Of a DNA stretch of 64,000 nucleotides, positions 45,722-55,590 are shown one piece after another. The stretch is from the NCBI GenBank assembly GCA_900128395.1, contig LT649241.1, positions 1-64,000 of the forward strand, given 5' to 3'. The number at the start of each line of letters is the position of its first letter. The first letter of the stretch is position 1. Origin of the DNA: Stramenopiles sp. TOSAG23-2. Its lineage: Eukaryota. A program made the translations under genes and the position numbers. The notes below the pieces were generated by a model that saw nothing but the letters and a program-made list of their open reading frames with translations, was not told the origin of the DNA and did not search any database.

Positions 45722-47068
45722 ATGGCATCTTTAGTTACTGATGATAATCAAACAACAACAACAACGACGACGACGACGACAAGAAGAAGAAGAAGAACAA
45801 CGACAGCAACTGAAACATCTGAGCAAATGACCGATAATGAACTTTCACATTTTGAAGATTTACCTGGTATATTACAAATATGTATTGGTACTGCTACAAA
45901 ACCAGGTCTCATAGCATATTTTGATGATGATATACTTGCAATGATAAATATGTTTGCGAAAACATGTAAAAAATTTCTTGAATATGATCCCTTGCGTTGT
46001 TATTATTTTAGAGTTGTATTAGCAAAAAAATATGGAGTCAAATTTGATAACAGTGAAGTAATTTTGGATGGAAAGAACATCCATGATGAGGATTTACACA
46101 ATATAGGTGAAGCATTGAAAGCAAACAATACATTAACGTCATTGTACCTACGTGATAATAATATTACTGATGTACAAAGTATTGGTGAATTGTTAAAAAA
46201 AAATAATACATTAGAGACATTGCACCTATCTTTTAATAATATTACTGATGTACAAAGTATTGGTGAAGGATTAAAAACAAACAATACATTAAATAAAAAA
46301 TTTCTTGAATATGATCCCTTGCGTTGTTATTATTTTAGAGTTGTATTAGCAAAAAAATATGGAGTCAATTTTGATGGCAGTAGCGTAGATTTGGATGGAA
46401 AGAACATCCGTGATGAGGATTTACAAAATATAGGTGAAGCATTGAAAGCAAACAATACATTAGAGACATTGAACCTAAATAATAACAATATTACTGATGT
46501 ACAAAGTATTTGTGAATTGTTAAAAACAAACAATACTTTAAAGGTATTGCACCTACATCAAAATAATATTACTGATGTACAAAGTATTGGTGAAGCATTG
46601 AAAACAAACAATACATTAAAGTGGTTGATCCTAGGTGATAATAATATTACTGATGTACAAAGTATTGGTGATGGATTAAAAACAAACAATACATTAACGT
46701 GGTTGTCCCTAGGTAATAATAATATTACTGATGTACAAAGTATTGGTGATGGATTAAAAACAAACAATACATTAAAGACATTGCGCCTATCTAATAATAA
46801 TATTACTGATGTACAAAGTATTGGTGAAGGATTAAAAACAAACAATACATTAATGTCATTGGACCTATCTAATAATAATATTACTGATGATGGTGGAATA
46901 CAAAGTATTATTGATGTATTAAAAACAAACAATACATTAAAGTACTTGCACCTAGGTGATAATCAACTTAATGATAATATGAAATCACAATTAAGAGCTA
47001 TAAAACAATATAAAAGAGAAGGATCAAACGGGTATCAACAAGTGGAAGGGATGATGATATGGACATAA
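45722..47068 (+). CDS. RI/NLRC3-like leucine-rich repeat protein with 26-aa modules
   Basis: Nine NNTLxxLxLxxN modules (consensus NNITDVQSIGExLKT between them); duplicated KKFLEYDPLRCYYFRVVLAKKYGV cap. Confidence 0.93.
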   Translation: MASLVTDDNQTTTTTTTTTTRRRRRTTTATETSEQMTDNELSHFEDLPGILQICIGTATKPGLIAYFDDDILAMINMFAKTCKKFLEYDPLRCYYFRVVLAKKYGVKFDNSEVILDGKNIHDEDLHNIGEALKANNTLTSLYLRDNNITDVQSIGELLKKNNTLETLHLSFNNITDVQSIGEGLKTNNTLNKKFLEYDPLRCYYFRVVLAKKYGVNFDGSSVDLDGKNIRDEDLQNIGEALKANNTLETLNLNNNNITDVQSICELLKTNNTLKVLHLHQNNITDVQSIGEALKTNNTLKWLILGDNNITDVQSIGDGLKTNNTLTWLSLGNNNITDVQSIGDGLKTNNTLKTLRLSNNNITDVQSIGEGLKTNNTLMSLDLSNNNITDDGGIQSIIDVLKTNNTLKYLHLGDNQLNDNMKSQLRAIKQYKREGSNGYQQVEGMMIWT

Positions 47069-47492
47069 TAAAACGTAGAGGTATATTTAGATGGATGCCT
47101 GCCGGGCCTGGATGATGGAGACTGTGGAGACCGCGGCACCGCGGCGGACCAGGATTTTAGATTTGGTTTTTTTTCTCTCCTTGTGCGTACTTATTATATA
47201 CTAAATACTATAATATATCTATAATTGTATATTAATGGTATGTACTCCTATGTACTATGTGTACCCAATAGTAGTGCATACTTCAGTCTTATCTATAATA
47301 TATATAATGTACACTATTATAGCGATCTATATATATATATATAATATTATTTTTATAGAATGTAAAATAAGAATAATATATAGAGGGCATAAGAAAAACA
47401 ACAAAGAAAGATATACTTCTGTGTTTTGTGTAGTAGTAGTACTTCTTCAACAAAGAATAAAAATAAGTATACATCAACAAATGTAATTGAAA

Positions 47493-48581
47493 ATGAAACT
47501 AACAAAATTAACAAAAGACATTGGAACGAAAATTGAAAATATAGATATTACTAAACCATTATCTAACGCTGATATATTAACCATAAGACAAATATTAGCG
47601 GAAAGAGGTGTAGTAGTTCTTAACGTACCAAATGGTTTAACAGAACAAGAGCAAATTGCATTTACGTCACAATTTGGTAAATGTATACCGCATCCAGGTA
47701 CATTTCAACGTTGGTTACAAAATAATAATCTAAATGGAAACGATAGTAAATTTAAACCGAAAGAGGTACGAAGAATTGCAATAAAAAAAGAGCATGCATT
47801 AATATCATCTCAAACAAAAGAAAGCAAAGAAAAATTAAAAAATGTACAAAAAAGTAGACAAGCTGGTATGAAAATAGTGCAAAAATTCAATTACGTACCA
47901 AAAGATCCGCGCTCTTTGCCCATTAATCCAAATGCAAATAATGAAACATGGCATTCTGATGTAAGTTGTGAGTTTTCACCACCAGCATGTTCATGTTTGC
48001 ATATGTTAAAAGCTGCCCCGGATGGGAAAGGTGATACGTTATTTGCTTCCATGTATAATGTTTATGATAGGATATCACCTGCTTTACGTGAAATGTTAAA
48101 ATCAATGCATGGTGTACATATTGAACGTCGATTAGGGAATGATTGGTATGAAATGCCACATCCAGCAATTATACGTCATCCAGAAACTAAACGTCCAGTT
48201 GTATTTTTAAACAGAGCATTTGTTGGAAGATTTGAAAATTTTACAGTCAAAGAATCTAAGCCAATATTACATTATATTGAGAAAATTGCATCTTCCCCAG
48301 ATAATGTTTATAGACATAAATGGACATTTGGTGATTTAGTTATGTGGGATAATCGCTGTATGTTACATTTTGCTGTTAAAGATTATGATGCTAATATTGA
48401 AGGACAAGAAAGAATTGTTCGGCGAACAAATTGGTACGATGGTGTACAACCATCTTTTCATCCAAAAGTAGTTCGTCAATTATATTTTCCATATGATGAT
48501 CAACCATTTTCCATTGAAACAGTGAAATCTTATGATGGATATTTACCTGAACATATATTATTACGTAACAGTCGTCTGTGA
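47493..48581 (+). CDS. Second TauD/TfdA-family dioxygenase with PTS1 SRL
   Basis: WHSDVS (HxD), GDTLFASM, HPAIIRHPET, WDNRCMLH; ends NSRL. Confidence 0.92.
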   Translation: MKLTKLTKDIGTKIENIDITKPLSNADILTIRQILAERGVVVLNVPNGLTEQEQIAFTSQFGKCIPHPGTFQRWLQNNNLNGNDSKFKPKEVRRIAIKKEHALISSQTKESKEKLKNVQKSRQAGMKIVQKFNYVPKDPRSLPINPNANNETWHSDVSCEFSPPACSCLHMLKAAPDGKGDTLFASMYNVYDRISPALREMLKSMHGVHIERRLGNDWYEMPHPAIIRHPETKRPVVFLNRAFVGRFENFTVKESKPILHYIEKIASSPDNVYRHKWTFGDLVMWDNRCMLHFAVKDYDANIEGQERIVRRTNWYDGVQPSFHPKVVRQLYFPYDDQPFSIETVKSYDGYLPEHILLRNSRL

Positions 48582-49037
48582 ATTTGTATTTTTATTCGTA
48601 TGATGTACGTAGGTATAATAGGTTATCGCTAGATTTATTTATTACGACCGTACATATGAAATAAAATTTACGATACATGAAAAAGTAAAAAATTATATGA
48701 TGTATGCATTATATATATAATATAAAATAATTCTCTTATTTATAATTTAAAGATTTTATTTACTCATAATGTTATATTCACTATGAAATATATGTGTAAT
48801 TATATATGATATGATATATATGTGTATTTTAAAATTTTATAAATAATTATTAAATATAAATTATTTTTATTAAAAATATTTTAATATTTAAGAATACCCT
48901 TTCCTACCTTTTCTTTATTTGTTGTCATCATTAACACCATTTTTTGTTTTACATTTTCTTAAAAAATATATTTTTTATATATTACTTTTTATTATTCGGT
49001 GTATGTGCGTATTCAATATAAAAACAATCAAAATGTT

Positions 49038-49808
49038 TTACAATAATTTACACTTTTCACGTTTGACCTTTACAATCTTATTTAACAACCTCAACTGAAC
49101 ATGATATCTTCCAGCAGCTCTATCGTAATATACCACATTGCCTTTGATATCATTATACGTAGTATCTGATAAATTTTGTAAAGAAACCCTAGTGCCATTC
49201 GGTACAATTAACTTTTCTTCTTTTACTTGAAGTTTTTGCCCGCCAGCTAGTTGTACAACTAATAATCCATTTTGAACCCTTGCTATTCGTCCTTTTTGTC
49301 CATTATATTCTGGCTGAGAGATAATACCGGTGATTTCGACATTTTGAATTAATTGTTGTAAGTTAGATACTTTTAATGCCAATGGGCCAGTCTCCAATCC
49401 TACGTCTACAATATATCGATCTCGATTGTTGTCGAACCATCTTATTTTGCCTATTCTGCCATTGTGCTGCATATTACTAGTTAAATTATGAATATATACA
49501 GCAGTACCCCTTTTCAAAATACCGATATCCTTCGATAAACGTGTTGGGCAACGGTTTAAACCGCGTTTTCGACTTGGTAAATTATAAATTGCAAATGCTA
49601 GCAAAAATCCAACGCATATAGCTACAGTCATATTGTGCGCAAAACATATGTAAAAAAATACAAGTAAATCGTATTTATATGATTCTAATTTAATTACGTT
49701 GTATATTGCAACTAATAATACTAAAGCCATGGTGTATTGATGACCAAAGTAAAGGTAAAATGTTGCGAACGCTCCAATGAATGACATTATTTTGTTTACC
49801 ATTTTCAT
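49038..49808 (-). CDS. Membrane protein with three SH3/KOW-like repeats
   Basis: Hydrophobic N-terminus; three V.I.xL.S...YNG..G.I....RY.V.L repeats. Confidence 0.72.
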   Translation of the reverse strand: MKMVNKIMSFIGAFATFYLYFGHQYTMALVLLVAIYNVIKLESYKYDLLVFFYICFAHNMTVAICVGFLLAFAIYNLPSRKRGLNRCPTRLSKDIGILKRGTAVYIHNLTSNMQHNGRIGKIRWFDNNRDRYIVDVGLETGPLALKVSNLQQLIQNVEITGIISQPEYNGQKGRIARVQNGLLVVQLAGGQKLQVKEEKLIVPNGTRVSLQNLSDTTYNDIKGNVVYYDRAAGRYHVQLRLLNKIVKVKREKCKLL

Positions 49809-50524
49809 TCTTAATTTTTTGATACGTTGTATATCACTTTAACTTAATATATATATGTGTGTGTATATACGATATGTAGAAATGAAATATTTCTTGTTTT
49901 GTCTTTCTTTCTGTTTTGTTTTGTTTTGTTTTTCTTTTTTGTTTTGTTTTGTTTTTCTTTCTGTTTTGTTTATTTTACTTCTATCTATCTATCTCTATCT
50001 ATATGTACATAAGCTATATATGTATATTATACTATTCTAACTATATAGTAATAGTATAGAAAAAAATAGTGATATTGTTTTTTGTATGCACGCCTTTACC
50101 TTTATAAGCCTATTCGCCTGCTATTCGGCGAAACAAAAGAGAATTTTAGATTTTAGTGAATTGAAAAAAATAATGTTGGTCCTATTTTAAGTATATCTTA
50201 TTATTATACTTAGATGTCCTCATTACCTATATAAATTGAATTTTTCGGGATTTGTTGTAAAAATGTTTGCATTAGTTTTGTTAGATTTTTGTGTTTGCTG
50301 GTTTGGCACCTTGTGTGCTTTGGTAGTATTTTTTTTTAAATACAACATTGAATGAATGAATTTTTGATCTAAATATAAATGTATATATTAAATTATTATT
50401 GACTAAACGACCTCTGTAAAGACAATGAGAATAGTTGTCTATTCTTTTTAATAGAATCGATAGATGTATGTGTACGTATATGCATAGAGAGAGAGAGAAA
50501 AAAAAAAGAAAACGAAATAAAGAA

Positions 50525-51328
50525 ATGGAAGAAGATCTAACAAATAAACGACCGATATATGTGAAACAATGTATACGAAATATCATTATGGAAGAAATAA
50601 TTATGAAACAAAAAGAACAACAAAATAATTCATCTACTGATACAAAAAACAATAAGAATATAATCTTACGAGTATTGGGATACGTTGTAAATATAATAGC
50701 ATATAATAAAGTTCAAATCGATGATGGTACAGCTATTATGGATGCAGAATTACTTCGTGTAGAAAAGCAGAAAGAAGACGAAGATAATAATTCTGATAAT
50801 AATAATAAGAACAACAACAAACGACATCGTAATGATAATAATAATAAAAATAAAAATAGTAACAGTATAAGAAAGCGACCGAGATTTTCTAACCCTTCTT
50901 CTTCATCAAGTAAATTTTCTAAAGTGGTAAAAAGTAAGGATAAATATCTAGTAAAAGAAACGAATACATTGCCATTATTGTCTCAATTAATCGAAATGGT
51001 TGGTATATATGATAAAGAAACGAAATGTTTCAAATGTAATTCATATTGCATAGTGAATGATTTAAATATTGAAAGTTTACGAAATTTTGAAATTATAAAT
51101 TCAACCAATTCATTATATAATATTGATATCAAACGTAATGGTAATAATATTATTCAAGTAAGCGATAATGGCGAATTGATCATCCCTAGTAATATGGGAT
51201 ACAGAAATAAAACAAGTGTAAAACAAAGAAATGATAATAATAGTGAAAAGTTAGAAGCAACATCAGGAATTGATGAATTACTTGCAGGTTTATCTAGTAA
51301 TGATTTTGCTGATATGAGTCAAGGGTAG
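50525..51328 (+). CDS. OB-fold protein (STN1/RPA2/RMI2-like)
   Basis: LRVLGYVV..QIDDGTA..LIEMVG..IVNDLNIE pattern, interrupted by an Asn/Lys low-complexity insert. Confidence 0.6.
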   Translation: MEEDLTNKRPIYVKQCIRNIIMEEIIMKQKEQQNNSSTDTKNNKNIILRVLGYVVNIIAYNKVQIDDGTAIMDAELLRVEKQKEDEDNNSDNNNKNNNKRHRNDNNNKNKNSNSIRKRPRFSNPSSSSSKFSKVVKSKDKYLVKETNTLPLLSQLIEMVGIYDKETKCFKCNSYCIVNDLNIESLRNFEIINSTNSLYNIDIKRNGNNIIQVSDNGELIIPSNMGYRNKTSVKQRNDNNSEKLEATSGIDELLAGLSSNDFADMSQG

Positions 51329-51532
51329 ATGAAAAGAAATTTTGGTGTTTTTCAAAAAATTTTTAATATTATGCATACGTTTTCCGTAAAATACATTAAT
51401 ATTGCGCGTGTTATTTATATTTTTAATACGAACCGTATAAAATAAAAAAGATATAATATATATTATATATATGAATTTACGCATATATCATAATTCCACA
51501 CACACACGCACCACCATTGTATACACAATCTT

Positions 51533-52887
51533 TTATTTCTCTAACACAATTAAATTTTCTACTCCATCTCTAATTGCATGTTCAATCAATTGATAAACTT
51601 TCATATCAATATTATCTTCATTACTATTATTGCTAATACCACCTGATGATGCCATTGCATCATATACATCTAATTCTAATTTCATATTTTCTTTCAATAT
51701 ATTTTTTACATTATTTAAATTTTCAATATTATTAGTAAACATTTCATAAACATCTTTTCCAACTTGCCATTCATCAATCAATGATGAAAATATACTTGTA
51801 TCTTTATTTTTAATTAAAAGATCTTTTGCATTCGCTCGTTTATCATAATCAAATGTTAACATTTGTTTCAATATCATATTAAATGTTTCAACTATCATCT
51901 TTGTATCACCAATATTATTATTATTTTTCTCGTCAACAATAACAACATTTTTATCAATATATTCTTGAACGACAGTTTTTATTTTTGGGACACCATCGCA
52001 TACAATAGAATTTAATATATTTGCATTATCATTTTTATTATATAAACGTCTTATCAATTCACTATTTGGGCGTCCTAAAATTGAACCAATACAATTAAAC
52101 ATGTTTTGAACAGAATTACGTGTAGAAATGGCTGCTTTATTATTATTAAAAAATTCAAATAAAATACATCCAGCGGACCATATATCACTTGCATATGTAC
52201 ATTTTGTCACACAATTTAAGACAATTTCAGGTGCAGTATATGCAGTTGAACCAATTGAATTGAATTTTAATTTATTCCATAATACACCATTAAACGATGG
52301 ACGTGCTAAACCAAAATCAGCTATACATAAATGACCATAACGATCAATTAAAATATTACGAGGACATAAATCACAATGAACAATACCAATATTATGTAAA
52401 TATGCTAAACCAGACAATAATTGATAGGTAAAAAATTCAATTTCTTCTATTTTAAAATTTGTTTCCATATGCCGATGGCGCTCAAACAACGCTCCGAGTT
52501 CAAATTCGACATGTTGCGTAGCTATGTATACATCTGAATTTGACAGCCATATACCTTTTGCTTTTAATAAAAATGGATGAGATATTGTTTTCAATATAAT
52601 AATTTCACGTGCAACTCTTGATATATCTGCAATACTTGGATTTGTTTCTTTTGACAATGCATTTTCTAATTTTTTAATTGCAAAGGATATTTTACCATTT
52701 CCAAATTCTGCCTCTGCGCGACAAACGGTACTGAAACTACCAATGCCAATAATTTCAACGGGTTTTATAGGTAACGTTTTAGGAATAATAAATTGAAATG
52801 TATTATTATTTTCATTATCATCATCATCACTAGAAGATTGTTCTAAAAATTTATTTTGTAATTTAATAATAGATATTATGCCAGGTG

Positions 52888-52921
<34 letters not shown>

Positions 52922-52936
52922 GTATTGTTTTGACAT
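51533..52936 (-). CDS. Atypical MAPK/CMGC-like protein kinase
   Basis: GIGSFSTV, AIKK, REI.IL, HCDLCPRN, DFGLAR, APE, DIWSAGC, MLTFD..KR. Confidence 0.88.
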
Positions 52937-53154
52937 TGTTTTCCGTGTAAACCTTTATTGTATTTTATTACTTTTCTTCTTCTATTTACTCATATTTTAT
53001 TTTGTTGTTGTTTTTTCATTTTGTTTGAATTTGTGATGATAATAACTGACGAAATATAATTAATAGTTTTTTTTAGTCGTGTGCTCGTCTGTCATTTGTG
53101 CATTTATATTAGAATAATATGCACATATAATAATAAAAAGATAGAATACACACG

Positions 53155-54672
53155 ATGAACGATGAAAGACCAAAAAAAAAACCAAAAGATAACTACTATA
53201 TCAAGAAAAAGAAAAGTGCATCACCACTAATGGATTTATCTGCCAATCTATTGCGAGATGATGAGGATAATGATAATACCCGGACCAACAGGGAAAAAGG
53301 TGAAATGACTACTGGAAGGTTAAAATTATTTATGGATGCAGTATATGGTATTTTTGCAACAATGGCAGGTGTACAATTAGCATTTCTAGATCAAGGAGAA
53401 GTTTGTGAAGTTTATATCAACCAATTAGAACAGAGTGAAAAAATGCAAATACATCAGTATGAATTTCCAAACGGGATTTCATGCCCTAAATTAAAGAATA
53501 GATCTAGCATTGGTTTTGTAGAGCCGGGAGAAGAATTTTATGATATTGAATGGCATGTCTTAAGTAGTAACAAATTTTATGCTTTATTCAATTATTATGG
53601 AGCCTTCGCTTTCATTGTGTTAATGTTGTATCCAATACACAATAAAATATTTAATAATGTTGACATCGTAAGGATATACCCAACAGTGCAATTACACACA
53701 CATTTAGTATTAGGATCTGCTTTGATTCCAGTATTTTCTCAATTTGGCCAAGGAGGTCTTGCATACGTTCTAGGTTCTATTTCATATTGTTTATTGATGA
53801 TATTTTTTATGTCGATTGCATTACATGGGTGGAAACCAGAACCAACTGCGCATATATTAGTGATGTTTCTAGCTCTTTTTATTGATACTATTATACTTGG
53901 ATTTGTATTTGACGCTGATGACGTTACTTTTTATGGCTATCTGCTTGGGTATGGGATATGGATGGTCTTCTATTTTATTTTACGTGCAGCTTTTATGAAT
54001 TTAAACATTATTAAAAATTGTTATTCTGTAAAAAATGTAATGAATAATTTTTTTTATCACAAAATAATGATTGAAAAGGAAAGGCTGTGCACATTTACAG
54101 ATGGTGTTGTTGCTATTAGTGCTACATTTATTGCTTTAGAATATAGAATACATTCAGAAACAAATGTCTCAGAATGGATTCGGCACAATGTAGATAAAAT
54201 TCTTTGTAGTGCCCTAGCAGTTAGCATTTTGTTCACGTTATGGTCAACGCATCATCAAATTATTGAAGAATTTGGTGAGAAAATTAGTTCACAGGTAGTA
54301 TTAGTCAATTATTGCTTCTGTTTTTGCATCACGCTTATACCAATCTCCACATCTTTTGCATATTATTTTGGAAATGGAGCTCCATTATTTACAAAAAAAG
54401 GTGCTGTTGCATTACCATTTATTATTACCTTTCTCGCTTCGATGTTGTTGATATATATGCGCCGTACAGCAAAAGATACAGGTCTAAAACCACAATCAGG
54501 ATATGCTTTGGCACAACGTTTGGTTGTACCAATAAATTGTTTATTTGGTATCATTTTATCCTTTGTTTTACCATTACCATATAGTAATTTTGCCTTAGCA
54601 ATGTGGGTTGTGTTTGGTACGATACCGATGTCGCAATGGTGTTTATTTGCTTTTTTTGGGAAGAAACAATAA
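53155..54672 (+). CDS. TMEM175: Two-repeat TMEM175-family endolysosomal K+/H+ channel
   Basis: Two RxxxF(S)D-like motifs (RLKLFMDAVYGIFAT, RLCTFTDGVVAISAT), WSTHH, about 12 hydrophobic helices. Confidence 0.8.
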   Translation: MNDERPKKKPKDNYYIKKKKSASPLMDLSANLLRDDEDNDNTRTNREKGEMTTGRLKLFMDAVYGIFATMAGVQLAFLDQGEVCEVYINQLEQSEKMQIHQYEFPNGISCPKLKNRSSIGFVEPGEEFYDIEWHVLSSNKFYALFNYYGAFAFIVLMLYPIHNKIFNNVDIVRIYPTVQLHTHLVLGSALIPVFSQFGQGGLAYVLGSISYCLLMIFFMSIALHGWKPEPTAHILVMFLALFIDTIILGFVFDADDVTFYGYLLGYGIWMVFYFILRAAFMNLNIIKNCYSVKNVMNNFFYHKIMIEKERLCTFTDGVVAISATFIALEYRIHSETNVSEWIRHNVDKILCSALAVSILFTLWSTHHQIIEEFGEKISSQVVLVNYCFCFCITLIPISTSFAYYFGNGAPLFTKKGAVALPFIITFLASMLLIYMRRTAKDTGLKPQSGYALAQRLVVPINCLFGIILSFVLPLPYSNFALAMWVVFGTIPMSQWCLFAFFGKKQ

Positions 54673-54826
54673 ATATTAATAATATATTTTGGTTTAGTGC
54701 TTCAAAGGAAAGAAAGTGTGATTATATTTATCATAAATATTACGACTTCGGTATATAAAAATGTTCTCTGTACTCATATATATTCGTACATATTATATTC
54801 GTAAATATTACACCGTATATGTGTTT

Positions 54827-55355
54827 TTCTCTTATACTCATATGTTATATAAAATTCTTTTACTCCCGTTTATTAACCTCTCAAATCAAAAATGATTTAT
54901 AAATTTTAGTAAAAATTATTTAGTATTCAAAAGATGTTTCGTCTGTCTGTGATTCAGAGCTAAATGAAAGAGGTCCTCCTTCATAAAGTTGTAAATCACA
55001 TTCTTTAATCAATCTAAATGTTTTCTCATTGTCGTTATCCAATTTAACTTTCAATTTTCCATCCTTTTTTATATAATATATATATATATATATATATAAT
55101 ATATATCAGGAAATCAATATAAGGAATTGCATGAGGACATCATCAGGAATGACTCTATTCGTCGCACATCGGTTCAATCAAAAACAAATACAAAAACCGA
55201 TAAACGAATTGAGAACTCTCGTGATGAGATATATATAAATAATTTCCTATGTTTATACGTACCAGTATAATAAATAAGTATTTAAAAATCATTTTTGATT
55301 TGAGATGTTAATGAACGGGAGTAAAAGAAATTTATATAATATATGAATAAGAGAA
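54827..55355. mobile_element. MITE-like element with imperfect inverted ends of about 77 bp
   Basis: ttctctt..ttttactcccgtt.attaac.tctcaaatcaaaaatgattt (54827-54904) is mirrored at about 55279-55355; non-coding interior. Confidence 0.6.
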
Positions 55356-55590
55356 CATTTTATATATATATATATTAAAAAATAAAAAAATATTTTTAAA
55401 ATAAAGTACGCGTATTTTTAATTTTTTTTTTTTATTACTACCCAAATGACAATTCCTACACTCTCTCCTTGGGCACCTTTTTCTTCGAAGATTTTAAACT
55501 TTTTACATAGTGCTGCCCCCAGCATCTTTTAACCATTGGACAAATAGGTGCATATCTTTCATACCAGCGTATTTTTTATATGTTTTTTTT

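Noticed and set aside
46120-46970. DGR-style adenine mutagenesis as the cause of the NNG/NNC/NNT codons
   Set aside because: Silent adenines in the scaffold (CTA, TTA, GTA, CAA) are invariant, and no reverse transcriptase or template repeat is in the window
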